A DNA stretch of 64,000 nt. It comes from the human T2T-CHM13v2.0 reference genome, Homo sapiens. Position numbers and translations under genes: made by a program. The stretch lies in assembly GCF_009914755.1 (NCBI RefSeq), contig NC_060947.1; one strand, 5' to 3'. Under the pieces are notes generated by a model. The model was not told the origin of the DNA. It did no database searches and saw only the letters and a program-made list of their open reading frames with translations. Shown piece after piece: positions 1-14,725 of the stretch (positions within the stretch are counted from its first letter, which is position 1; every line of letters begins with the position of its first letter).

Positions 1-705
1 TAAATCTTGAAACAAATACTGAAAATACATCAAAAAAGAACCCTTTAAAGCATGAATCTCACAGGATGTATAAAACATGAATACAATAAAAAATTTTAAA
101 AGCAAGGTATTCAGGCAACAAATAGCATGATGAATGAAACAGTACCTCACATCTCAATACTAACGTTGAATGTAAATGGCCTAAATGCTCCATTTAAAAG
201 ATACAGAATTGCAGAATTGACCAACCAAGTGTCTGCTGCCTTAAAGAGACTCACTTAACACATTAAGACTCACACAAACTTAAGGCAAAGGGGTGAAAAA
301 AGACATTCTATACAAATGGACGCCAAAAATGAGCAGGAGTAGCTAATCCTATGTCAGACAAAAGAAACTTTAAAGCAACAGCAGTTAAAACAGAGACATT
401 ATATAATGAAAAAAGGTCTTGTCCAATAGGAAAATATTGCAATCTTAATATATAAGCACCTGAGAGGGGAGCGCCCAAATTTATAAAACAATTACTACTA
501 GATGTAAGAAATAAGGTAGACAGCAACACAATAATAGTGGGGGACTTCAATACTTCACTGACAGCACCAGAAAGGTCACCAGGCCAGAAAGTCAACAAAG
601 AAAAAATGGATTTCAACTATACTCTAGAACAAATTGACTAAACAGATATTTACAGAACATTCCACCCCACAACTGCAAAATATACATTTTATTCACTGGT
701 GCATG
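1..705 (+). mobile_element. L1PB-type fragment: inter-ORF region and ORF2 endonuclease start (degenerate)
   Basis: From ~128 reads ATGATGAATGAAACAGTACCTCACATCTCAATACTAACGTTGAATGTAAATGGCCTAAATGCTCC (PHISILTLNVNGLNAP, the L1 ORF2 N-terminus); IIVGDFNT motif near 530-553; stops present. Confidence 0.85.
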
Positions 706-926
706 CCTTTGTCTTTGGCTACAAGTGCAGGTAGAGAAAGACCATCAGGTGGGGGCAGGGTTAGGTATGTCTAAACTCAAACTCTCTTGAGACAGGGCTT
801 GCTGCCACTGCTGTATAGGATGGGGTGTGGTTTTAAGTGGTTTTAAGGCCATTAGAGTTATGTTCCCAGGAGGATTATGGCTGCCTCTGCCGCATCACAC
901 AGGTCACCAGGAAAGTGGAGGAAAGC
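706..926 (-). mobile_element. L1PB(a)-type 5' UTR fragment, inverted
   Basis: GTAGAGAAAGACCATCAGGTGGGGGCAGGGTTAGG...TTATGTTCCCAGGAGGATTATGGCTGCCTCTGC...CACCAGGAAAGTGGAGGAAAGC resembles the antisense L1PB 5' UTR. Confidence 0.7.
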
Positions 927-1096
927 TATTTGATCCAGCAATCCCACTACTGGGTATCTACTCAGAGGAACGAATGTCATTATACAAAAAAAAAATATTG
1001 CACATATATGTTTATAGTGGCATAATTCACAATTGGAAAAATAGGGAACCAGTACAAATGCCCATCAATCAACAAATGGATAAAGAAAATGTTAGA
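927..1096 (+). mobile_element. L1PB-type ORF2 C-terminal fragment
   Basis: TTTGATCCAGCAATCCCACTACTGGGTATCTAC ([11 protein letters not shown]), followed by a TA-rich stretch. Confidence 0.8.
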
Positions 1097-1146
1097 TATA
1101 TATATGTTATATACTATATATAATATGTATTATTATATATATAGTA

Positions 1147-4080
1147 AAATTAGTAAAAAAAAAAGATCAAAGCAGAAATAAATGAAACTAAAATGAAAAT
1201 AAACAATATCAAAAATCAATCAAGAAAAACTTGTTTTTTTTGAAAGTTAAACAAAATTGACAAAACTTTAGCCAGACAACTAAAAAAGAAAGAAAGAAAA
1301 TAAAATCAGAAATGAAAAGGCAGACATCACAACTGCTACTGCAAAAATTCGAAGGCTCATTAGTGGCTACTATGAGTAACTATATGCCAGTCAATTAGAA
1401 AATCTAGAAGTGAAACATTCCTAGATGCATACAACCTACTAAGATTGACCCAGGAAGAAATAAAAAACCTAAACAGATAAATAAATAACAAGGTAAAAGG
1501 CTGTAATAAAAAAAGTCTACCACTAAAGAAAAGCTCAGGGACTCATGGCTTTACTGCTGAATTCCACCAGACATTTAAAGAAAAATTAATACCAATCCTA
1601 CTTAAAGTATTTCAAAAATTAGAGGAGGAGGGAATACTGCCAATCTCATTCTACAAGACCAGTATTATTCTGACAACAAAACCATCAAAGACATATCAAA
1701 AAAAGAAACCTATAGGCCAATATATCTGATGAACATTGATGCAAACATCTTCAGCAAAATACGAGCAAACTGACTTCAACATTTTGAAATGAATAGTTCA
1801 AGATTTGCAAATTTATCACTGTGATACAGTGTATCAACAGAATGATGAAAACTATATGATCATTTCAATTCGTGCTGAAAAGGTGCTTGATAAAATTCAA
1901 CATAATTTCATGAAAAAAAACCCTAAGAAAACTGGGGGTAGAAGAAACATACATCAATATAATAGAAGCCCTATACGACAGACCCACAGCTAGTATCATA
2001 CTGGATGGAGAAAAAACTGAAAGGCTTTCCTCTAAGATCTGGAACACTACAAAGATTCCCATTTTCAACCATTGTTATTCAACATAGTACTGGAAGTCCT
2101 AGCTAGAGCAATGAGACAAGAGAAGGAAAGAAAGAGGATCCTAATTGAAATGGAAGAAGTCAAATTGTCCATTTGCAGATGATATATTTTGAAAAACCTA
2201 AAAACTCCACAAAAAACTATTAGAAGTGATAAACAAATTAAGGAAAGTTGCACGATACAAAATCAACATACAAAAATCAGTACCATTTCTGTATACCAAC
2301 AGTGAGCAATCTGAAAATGAAATAAAAATATAATCACATTTACAACAGCCACACATAAAATCAAACACATAGGAATTAACTTAACCAAAAAAGTGAAAGA
2401 TCTTTATAATAGAAACTATAAAACACTGATGAAATAAATTGAAGAGGACATCTAAAAATGAAAAATATATATATATTTTATGTTCATGGATTGGAAGAAT
2501 CAATATTGTTAAAATATCCATACCACTCAAAGCAATAGACAGATTCAATGTAAACCCTATCAAAATACCAAATACATTATTCACAGAAATAGAAGAAAAC
2601 TACCCTAAAATTTATATGGAATCTCAAAAGACCCAGAATAGACAAAGTTATCTGAAAGAATAAGAACAAAACTAGAGGAATCACATTACCTGACTTCAAA
2701 TTATACTAGAGATCTATAGTAATCAAAGCAGCATGGAACTGGCATAAAAACAGACACATAGACCAGTGTAACAGAATAGAGAGCCCAGAAACAAACCCAT
2801 GCACTCACAGTTAACTCACATTTGACAAAGGTACCAGGAACATACACTGGGGAAAATAGTCTCATCAATAAATGGTACTGGAAAAATAGAATATCCATAT
2901 GTAGAAGAAAGAAACTAGACCTAATGGGATCACATCAAATTAAAAGGCTTCTGCACAACAAAGGAAACAATAAACAAAGTGAAGAGACAACCCACAGAAT
3001 GAGAAAAAATATTTACAAGCTACCCATCTGACAAGGGATTCATAACTAGAATATATAAGAAGCTAAAACAACTCTATAGGAAAACATCTAATATTCTAAT
3101 TAACAAATGGGCAAAAGATTTGCATAGACATTTCTCAAAAGAAGACAAAAAATGGCAAACACACATATGAAAAGCTGCTCAATATCATTGATCATCAGAG
3201 AAATGCAAATGAAAACTATGATGAGATACCATCTCACCTCGGTTATAATGGCTTGTATCTAAAAGGCAATAACAAATGCTGGTAAGGATGTGGAGAAAAG
3301 GGAACCCTTGATCACTCTTGGTGGAAATGTAAATTAGTATAACCACTATAGAGAACAGTGTGTAGGTTCCTCACAAAACTAAAAACAGAGCTACTATATT
3401 ACCCAGCAATCCCGTTGCTTGGTATATACCCAAATGAAAGAAAATCTGTATATCAAAGTGGTATCTGCACTCCCATGTTTGTTGCTGTACTGTTCACAAT
3501 AGCCAATATTTGGAAGCAACCTAAGTGTCCATCAGCAGATGAACAGGTAAAAAAAATGTGGTACATACACACAATGGAGAACTATTTAGCCATTAAAAAG
3601 AATGAGATCCTATCATTTGCAACAACATGGATGGACCCGGAGATTATTATGTTAAGTGAAAGCCAGAAAAAGAAAGACAGACATTACATGTTATCACTTA
3701 TTTGTGGGATCTAAAAATCAAAACAATTAAATTTATGAACATAGAGAGTAGGAGGATTGTTACCAGAGTCTGGAAAGTGTAGTGGGAAATTGTGGGAGGT
3801 GGGGATGTTTAATGGGCCCAAAAAATGATAAGTAGAAAGAATGAATAAAACCTATTATTAGATAACACAACAGGGTGACTATAGTCAATAGTAATTTAAT
3901 GGTACATCTTAAAAGAGTGTAATTGAATTGTTTGTAACACAAAGGATAAATGCTTGAGGGGAAAGATACCCCATTCTCCATGATGTGATTTTTATGCATT
4001 GCATGTCTGAATTAACACAGCTCATGTACTCCATAAATATATACACCTACTATGTAACCACAAAAATTAAAAATTAAGAA
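1147..4080 (+). mobile_element. 5'-truncated L1MA (L1MA2-like), ORF2 plus 3' UTR, with internal deletions
   Basis: Continuous degenerate ORF2 homology (e.g. [11 protein letters not shown] in ORF 3358-3714); 3' UTR with CAGGGTGACTATAGTCAATA and CATAAATATATACACCTACTATGTA ending in an A-rich tail; deletion near 2920. Confidence 0.9.
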
Positions 4081-4090
4081 TTTTTAAAAA

Positions 4091-4337
4091 TAGAATAGAA
4101 GAGGGGTGGTAGGGTTGGAATCTGAGAAGAATCAGCAGTATCTTGCAGGACAACTATCTTAGGTGAGACCATTATAATGTCATTAGTCAATGCAGAGTTA
4201 ATCTCTTCAGGAGGTGGAAAGGCCAATATCATTGTGAGTGGAGAGGCTGATACTGCTGGATATAGACAGGCCCCTACCACTAAGAGTGAAGATGTTGGGG
4301 TTGGGGAGCCTGCTTCTGCTGGGCATAGGGTGATCAA
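4091..4337 (-). pseudogene. ERVL gag remnant (proline-rich segment)
   Basis: ORF 4074-4337 peptide AFPPPEEINSAL...VSPKIVVLQDTADSSQIPTLPPLF resembles ERVL Gag AFPPLSEEINPAL...ASPEAVARQDNVDSPQEPPPTPLF; flanking frames are interrupted. Confidence 0.7.
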
Positions 4338-5026
4338 CTCTGTTGGAGGAAGAAGCCCATTTTCACTGGAGGTGGAAAGGCCTCTTCCACTGACAAAGAA
4401 GACTCATCAGGATCTAGGGGCACAATAGTTCCAGCTATATCAGGGTCTTCCCTCCCATTCTCATCCCACCTTACCAGATCTTTTTTTTTTTTTTCCAATC
4501 AGTGCCTTCACTTTAACAATAGATATCCTGCAAGGCTGGGAGTTCAACTTGAGTTATAAATCAGCCAGTGTCCAGATTAAGTCTGTACTTGATATTCAGC
4601 AATCTAAGCTCTGCAACTCTACAAGATCAGAGTTTTTTTTCAGGGCAGACATAGAAGTTCTTAAGTCATTTGTGTGCCACTTAACGCTTGGAATTCAAAC
4701 TTTTTAGCTTACCGTTTTCTTGTTTTATCCGGTGACATTAGGAGAGCATCCAACCAATGTCATCATACTCATTGGTTCTCCAAAAATGTTTAAAAGTATC
4801 ATATCCAAAGTCATGTAGGTCCTTGCTTATTATAATTATTTGATTATGAGTATCAAATGCAGATATTTTGCATGTCTACAAACAGTTCACACCATGGACT
4901 ATCAATGTGTCTTTACTACTGGAAGCAGAGTCATTAACATCTTTAAATCTACTCAGATTAGAGAACCAATACCGGAAACTCAAGAACCAATTCAGAAAAT
5001 TTATTTTTGAAATTCCACTCCTCTAG
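4091..5026 (-). mobile_element. ERVL internal sequence (leader and gag 5' part), degenerate
   Basis: The reverse strand reads TTTTCTGAATTGGTTCTTGAGTTTCCGGTATTGGTTCTCTAATCTGA...GTTAAAGTGAAGGCACTGATTGGAAAA, typical of the ERVL gag start; adjoins an MLT2 LTR. Confidence 0.85.
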
Positions 5027-5059
5027 GATGAATTTAGATCTTTAGACTACTCTAGATGT

Positions 5060-5466
5060 ACAATTTTTGAGGCTGAGACGTCCCACAATCTGCTTTTTCT
5101 GCGCTAGAGACAAAAGGAAGCCAGTGACATAATTTAGCCTGAGTTGAAAGGTTTGAGAATCGGGGGAATGGATGATGTAAATCTCAGTTCAAGAGCAGGA
5201 GAAGATGAGATGAGATGTCCCAGCTCAAGTGGCGAGGCAGGAAAAAAAAAAAAGAGCAAATTTCTTCTTACTCCACCTTTTCTTTTATTTAGGACCTCAA
5301 CAGATTGGATAATGCCTAACCACATGGAAGCAAGCAATCTACTAAATCACCAATTCAAATGCTAGTATCATCAAAAAACATCCTCCTCGCAGACACATTG
5401 ATAATCAATGTATAATCTGGGCATTCCGTGGCCCACTCAAGTTGACACATAAAATTAACCATCACA
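5060..5466 (-). mobile_element. MLT2 (MLT2D-like) LTR, 5' LTR of the adjacent ERVL remnant, 3' end missing
   Basis: GAGGCTGAGACGTCCCACAATCTG...GGAGAAGATGAGATGAGATGTCCCAGCTCAAG...CAAGTTGACACATAAAATTAACCATCACA (TGTGAT terminus on the minus strand at 5466). Confidence 0.9.
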
Positions 5467-5639
5467 GTGATTATTTGTGGTTGGAAAACTAAGCAGTTAG
5501 AGAACAAAAGGGAGATTAAGCCTTTTTACTATTTACCTTTTAATAATTTTAAGGTATCACCTATTCAAAAATGTAAATATACAATCATGTAACACATATA
5601 AGTTTTAATTATAAAAAGATAAAAAATCATTATGAAAAT

Positions 5640-6130
5640 AAAGATTTTTAAAATAATATACCCTTTAACATAGTATTTTCAGTTCTAGTAATCAAAGTCA
5701 ATAATTAGGTGCAGACAAATAGTTGTGCACATATTTATTCACCATGAAATCATCCATAATAAAATATAGAAACACCCTAATTTTTCTAAAAATGAAAGAT
5801 TGGCTAAATAAATATCTACCATGGATCATGTACAGATAATAAAATAATCACTTGTATCTATACTTAATAGCCTGGAAAGATGTTCATTATGTATCGTCGA
5901 ATGAAAATATAGGTCAGAAATAGCTGGAACATCATGGGTTTTTAATAATTGTTGTATATATAAAATATGTATGGTATTCCATTTTTTGCATACACAAACC
6001 ATGCACATATTTGCATTGGGTAAAATTAATAATGACTAACTATGAGTGGTTAAAGTCTTACAGATATTTACTTTCCTGCATTCGTAATATATCTACAATG
6101 AACTGGACTATTTATATAAACTCAAAAAAG
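5640..6130 (+). mobile_element. Highly degenerate old L1M (L1ME-like) 3' region
   Basis: Weak motifs: CCCTTTAAC..AGTATTTTCAGTTCTAG, GAAACACCCTAA, TTGGCTAAATAAAT, TCTACAATGAAC. Confidence 0.45.
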
Positions 6131-6251
6131 CAAAAAATGTAAAAAAAACTTATTTCTCATCTCACATATATTTATTTCTTCTCCAAACTACCCTATAAAA
6201 TCTCCTTTTGGTTTTAAAAATCAGTAATTTTATAACAACAATGATCGCACC

Positions 6252-6819
<568 letters not shown>

Positions 6820-7338
6820 TGCCACCTCAAAGTTTTAAGGTTGGGAGTTCGCCATCCCTGAGTCAGCAAAGCACTGCAACAAAAATTGTTTTAATGCATT
6901 TATATAACTCCTTATATTCTGACTTTGAAGAAATCTTCAAGCTGACTAAGTAAGTAAAGAATTGTATTATCTAATGCCGAACATATTTTATGTTACTGGC
7001 TTGAATACAGTTTAAAGGACAAATAATTTCTTTTGATCTTTTCAGTGGGGGAATATAGGTGGTTTTATGGAGAAAGGAATAGATGTGGCCATTATAATGG
7101 TAAAATCTTGGAAATCAAGTTATATATAACTTTAGACAAGTAACTTGTCATTTTTTCCCCATATACCAGATGCTAGTTTTTTTCTCTAAAGTTCCTAAGG
7201 CCCTTTATTTATAAAAAAAGAAAAAAAAAAGAATCTTTGATGTGTGAGCTACCAATGCCATTGAATTGAATCCACATCTGTGTGAGTTCCCTTGACTGAG
7301 CTTGGCCCTATGCTGTCACCAGCAAATCTAATTTATTC

Positions 7339-10094
<2,756 letters not shown>

Positions 10095-10124
10095 CATTTA
10101 AAAAATGAAATTTAACTAATACAA

Positions 10125-10348
10125 AAGTGATTAACTTTAACCATATATTTATTACTTCCAGTGCTCTCATCTTCTGGTGCGGATTAGAATTTCCATATGA
10201 TATTAGCTGAGGCCAACGTCCTTCTGCTTTAACACGTTTTGTACTCAAAATTTCTTTGTGATACATTCTTTCAGCCCTTGTGTGTTTTTTAAAAGTTTTT
10301 ATTCTTTCTTCATCTTTAAAAGATACTTTTATGGAGTACAGATTTCTA
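10125..10348 (-). mobile_element. Old L1M (L1ME/MC-like) ORF1-end fragment
   Basis: TTAACCATATATTTATTACTTCCAGTGCTCTCAT...ATTCTTTCAGCCC...CTTCATCTTTAAAAGATACTTTTATGGAGTACAGATTTCTAG resembles antisense L1M. Confidence 0.55.
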
Positions 10349-10398
10349 GAGAGAGTGACATTAACATGATGGTGGATATATTCGGGGCTGTAGGGTGT

Positions 10399-10817
10399 TG
10401 TATTAGCCCATTTTGCGTTGCTATAAAAGAATACCTGAGACTGGGCAATTTATAGACAAAACAGGTTTATTTGGCTCATGGTTCTACAGGCTGTAGAAGA
10501 AGCATGGCACTGGCATCTGCTCAGTTTCTGGTGAGAGTCTCAGGAAGCTTTTATTCATGGTGGAAGGCAAATGGAGCTGGCATGTCACATGGCAAGAGAG
10601 GAAGCCAGACAGAGTGTAGGTGCTAGGCTCTTTTAAGCAATCAGGTCTCATGTGAATTAATAGAGCAAGAACTCACTGATTGCCATGGGCAGGGCACCAA
10701 GTTGTTCATGTGGAATCTGCCCCCATGAACCAAGCAACTTCCATTAGGCCCCACCTCAAACATTTGAGATCTTATTTCAACATGAGATTTGGAGAGACAA
10801 ATATCCAAACTGTATCA
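10399..10817 (-). mobile_element. MSTB-like MaLR solo LTR
   Basis: TGTATTAGCCCATTTTGCGTTGCTATAAA...AAATATCCAAACTGTATCA; 5-bp TSD GGTGT/GGTTT (4 of 5 match). Confidence 0.92.
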
Positions 10818-11218
10818 GGTTTTCCAATTATACCCTCCCACAGCAACAATAAAATGGCAATCATCATGCATAAAAGTGCTTTTGTAGGAGCTTTGAGATC
10901 CAGGCAAAATATTGCGAAACCCTGGTGGAGTACAAGACCAAAAAGAATTCTTCTTCTAAGAAGGGCCCAGGTCCTGGTGGCAGGCTTGTTGGCCATGGTC
11001 CTAGCCACAAATTCAGAAATAGCTCTTTCCACCTGCAGATTCACCTATAGCCTTGTTTGGTCTTGGTTTTGCCACAAGTAACACCCTTGTAGAGACCCAG
11101 GAGGCACTGTGTCTTCCCATACCTTAGGTAATAGGCCTGCCAACTTCAGTCTGAGTTGTGAACTCTCAAGCAGCCCATGATCTAGCTTCAGCCTCTCTCA
11201 GCAATGGTTAGTCCTGCC

Positions 11219-11256
11219 CACACCAGGTAGAAGATGCACACCAGGTAGAAGATGCA
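11219..11256. repeat. Perfect 18-bp tandem duplication
   Basis: CACACCAGGTAGAAGATG x2 plus CA. Confidence 0.95.
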
Positions 11257-11542
11257 TCTGTTTATGCTCCTACAGGCGGGCTGGTAAATTCCAGTTTAAC
11301 TGCAGATCCCAAGGAGTCCCTTTAACGAAGCTCTAGCCCCTCCTCATTGTGATCTGGAAGAAGTGCTGCCTACCCAGGAATCTGCCAGGAGAAATGCTTG
11401 TTTGTATACCTAGAGGCAGGCACACTGAGCTTAGAAGATTCTGAAGCAACCCTGCTACACAGCTCCAGTGTCACTCAGCCACGGTGAGTGAGTAACCTGG
11501 CAGAAGATGAACTCATCCATTCCTCCAAAGTTGGACTTAAAA

Positions 11543-12564
11543 ACCTTGAAATGGGATAACATATTTGCAAATCATATATCCGATAAGGAGTTAATATTGA
11601 AAATATATAAGGAATGCAATAGCAAACAACTCAATACCAAAAGGACCACTAATGTGATTAAACAATAAGCAAAGGGACCTAAATAGACTTTTTTTCCAAA
11701 GAAGACATACAAATGGCCAGAAAGCGTATGAAAAAATGTTCAACATTACTAATTATCGTAAAATGCAAATCAAAACCATGGTGACCTATCAACTCACAAC
11801 TGTTAGGATAATTATAATGAAAAAGACAAAAGGTATCAGGTGTTGGCAAGGATATGGAGAAAAGGGGACTCTTGTATACTGTTGGTGGGTATGTAAAATA
11901 ATGCAGCCACTATGAAAAACAATATAAAGGTTCCTGAAAAAATTCAAATTGTATCTACTATATGATCCAGCAATCCCACTTCTGGGTAGATAACAAAAGA
12001 ATATAAAATTAATATCTCGAAGAGATAGATACCTGTACTCCCATGTTTATTGCAGCATTATTCACAATAGCCAGGACATGCAACAACTTAATTGTCCATC
12101 AACTAATGAATGGAATTAATTAATATATTAAATATTAACAAAATTAAAATGGAATTATTTATATATTAAAATTAATATATAAGTATATATTCATATAACA
12201 TACATATTACATTAACATAATTATATATGTACACATATATAGGAGATTATGTCATTTGTGACAAAATGGGTGAACTTGAAAGATATTTTGCTAAATAAAA
12301 TAAGTCAGACAAATAAATACAAATACTGTATGATCTCAACTATATGTAGAATCCCAAAAATCAGTCTTATAGAAGCAGAGTAGAAAGATAATTACCAGGA
12401 GCTATATAAGAGTGGAGGAGAAATGGGGAGATGTTGATCAAAGGGTACAAATTTTCAGTTATAAGATGAATAAGTTATGGTGATGTAATTTACAGCATGT
12501 TGAGTATAGTTAATACTGTATTGTACACTTGAAATTTTCTTAGAGAATTGATCTTGTGTCTTCA

Positions 12565-12605
<41 letters not shown>

Positions 12606-12737
12606 AATGGTAACTATGAGGTAGTGGATGTATTTATTGGCTTGACTGTGGTGATCATTTCACAATGTATACGTACACATAACCATCAATTCATACACTT
12701 TAAATATATGAAATTTTATCTGTCAATAATACCTCAA
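11543..12737 (+). mobile_element. L1MA8/9-like ORF2 3' part and 3' UTR
   Basis: ATATGATCCAGCAATCCCACTTCTGGG; GTTGATCAAAGGGTACAAATTTTCAGTTATAAGATGAATAAGT; ends TGTCAATAATACCTCAA. Confidence 0.88.
12566..12603. repeat. (CA)19 microsatellite
   Basis: Direct reading. Confidence 0.97.
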
Positions 12738-12852
12738 TGGCCATACTGCCCAAGGTAATTTATAGATTCAGTGCCATCCCCATCAAGCTACCAATGACTT
12801 TCTTCACAGAATTGGAAGAAACTACTTTAAAGTTCATATGGAACCAAAAAAG
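12736..12852 (+). mobile_element. 117-bp internal fragment of a young L1PA ORF2, no tail
   Basis: [38 protein letters not shown]; 3 differences from 8496-8612. Confidence 0.93.
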
Positions 12853-13031
12853 GGTGTTATCTTTTATTTCCTCTCACATGAAAATTACACTCATTTTCTT
12901 CCCAGCACATCATAGATGTCTAATTTAATCATGGCATTGGCTAAACTCAGGATCTCTTGATCTGTGTCAGGTGGCTACTCTTTTTTTTTTTTTTTACTTT
13001 ATACACATTTTTATATGATTATAAACTGTTT

Positions 13032-13292
13032 CTTTTTCTTAGTTAACATATTCTAATTGTACAATTTTATGGGGTAAAATTTGGCGTTTCAATACATGTA
13101 TATGTTGTAATATGATCAAATCAGAATTGTTAACACCAGTATCTTATGCATTCATCATTTTTTTGTGGTGAGAACATTCAAAGGACTCTCGTCTGGCTAT
13201 TATGTCATATAATGTCTTACTGTTAATTATAGTCACCCTCCTGTGCAAAAAAATAAGAAAGTTGATATTATAGAAATGGAGAATGGAATAGG
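13032..13292 (-). mobile_element. Short L1MA (L1MA5-like) 3' UTR insertion with small inverted 5' piece
   Basis: Minus-strand 3' UTR 13032-13248 (TTTGTGGTGAGAACATTCAAA, TTATAGTCACCCTCCTGTGCAA), then plus-strand AAAGTTGATATTATAGAAATGGAGAATGGAATAG; TSD AAACTGTTT at 13023-13031 and 13293-13301. Confidence 0.75.
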
Positions 13293-13458
13293 AAACTGTT
13301 TTTAAACAATGCAATTTAAAGGTCAATTTTCAAAAGAAAAAAGCGAGGTAAAACATTTGCAAAATGAATGTAAACATATATTTACAGATTTGCTAAGAGG
13401 GTAGATCTTATGTTTAGAGTCTTTACCACACAGTCATGTGCATGAGTGCACCCACGCG

Positions 13459-13482
13459 CACACACACACACACACACACACA
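13459..13482. repeat. (CA)12 microsatellite
   Basis: Direct reading. Confidence 0.95.
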
Positions 13483-13679
13483 GAGATAGAGAGAAAATAA
13501 AAAAAATACAAAAAGCGGTAGGAGATTTTGTTTTCTTTTACATGTTCTGTGCTAAGAATATAATACTTTCACAATAAGAAAATAAAACCAAACAATTTTT
13601 TAAAACATTAAACATCATACAAATAATGAAGGAAAGTAAATATTTACTATTAGCAGTTATCAGGCTTTTTTGGTTATTT

Positions 13680-14725
13680 TGTTTTTAAATTTTTTATTTC
13701 CATAGGTTATTGGGAAACAGGTGGTATTTGCTTACATGAATAAGTGCTTTAGTGGTGATTTGTAAGATTTTGGTTCACCCATCACCCGAGCAGTATACAC
13801 TGCACCCAACTTGTAGTCTTTTACTCCTCACCCCCTTCCAATCCTTTCCCCCTGAGTCCCCAAAGTCCATTATGTCATTCTTATACCTATGCATTCTCAT
13901 ACCTTAGCTCCCACTTATGAGTGAGAACATTGGATATTTGGTTTTTCATTCCTGAGTTACTTGACTTAGAATAATAGTCTCCAATGTCATCCAGGTCGCT
14001 GTGAATGCCATTAATTCATTCGTGTTTATGGCTGAGTAGTATTCCATAGTGTATATATATATATTCCACAGTTTCTTCATCCACTCATTGATTAATGGGC
14101 ACTTGGGTTGGTTCCACATTTTTGCAATTGTGAATCGTGTTGCTATAAACGTGTGTGTGCAAGTATCATTTTGTATAATGACTTCTTTTCCTCTGGGTGG
14201 ATACCCAGTAGTGGGGTTGCTAGATCAAATGGTAGTTCTACTTTCAGTTCTTTAAGGAATCTCCACACTGTTTTCCATAGTGATTGTACTAGTTTACAGT
14301 CCCACTGGCAGTGAAGAAGTGATCCCTGTTCAGCATAGCCACACCAACATCTATTATTTTTTGATTTGTTGATTATGGCCATTCTTGCAAGAGTGAGGTG
14401 GTATCGCCTTGTGGTTTTGATTTGCATTTCTCTGATCATTAGTGAGGTTGAGCATTTTTTCATGTTTGTTGGCCATTTGTGTATCTTCTTTAGAGAATTG
14501 TCTATTCATATCCTTAGCCCACATTTTGATGGTATTGTTTTTTTCTTTGCTAATTTGTTTGGGTTTGTTGTAGATTCTGGATATTTGTCCTTTGTCAGAT
14601 GTATAGATTGTGAAGAGTTTCTCTCACTCTGTAGGTTGTCTCTTTACTCTGCTGACTGTTCCTTTTGCTGTGCAAAAGCTTTTTAAATCAGTTAAGTTCC
14701 AGCTATTTATCTTTGTTTTAATTGC
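13680..14725 (-). mobile_element. 5'-truncated L1PB (L1PB1/2-like)
   Basis: TTTCCATAGGTTATTGGGAAACAGGTGGTATTTG...CACCCATCACCCGAGCAGTATACACTGCACCC L1PB 3' UTR; ORF 14143-14463 is the ORF2 C-terminus. Confidence 0.92.

Larger units (their letters stand above)
10349..11542 (+). mobile_element. L1M (L1M2/L1M3-type) 5' region, interrupted by an MSTB LTR
   Basis: Starts GAGAGTGACATTAACATGATGGTGG (L1M-type start) and resumes after the LTR with CCCTCCCACAGCAACAA...AAAAGTGCTTTTGTAGGAGCTTTGAGATCCAGG. Confidence 0.6.

Noticed and set aside
1097-1146. TA-rich tract at an L1-L1 junction
   Set aside because: Occurs where L1PB copies commonly expand TA repeats (compare 14048-14064 and 60050-60160)
12855-12980. 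Possible MLT1-internal remnant
   Set aside because: Similarity too weak and short to support from memory
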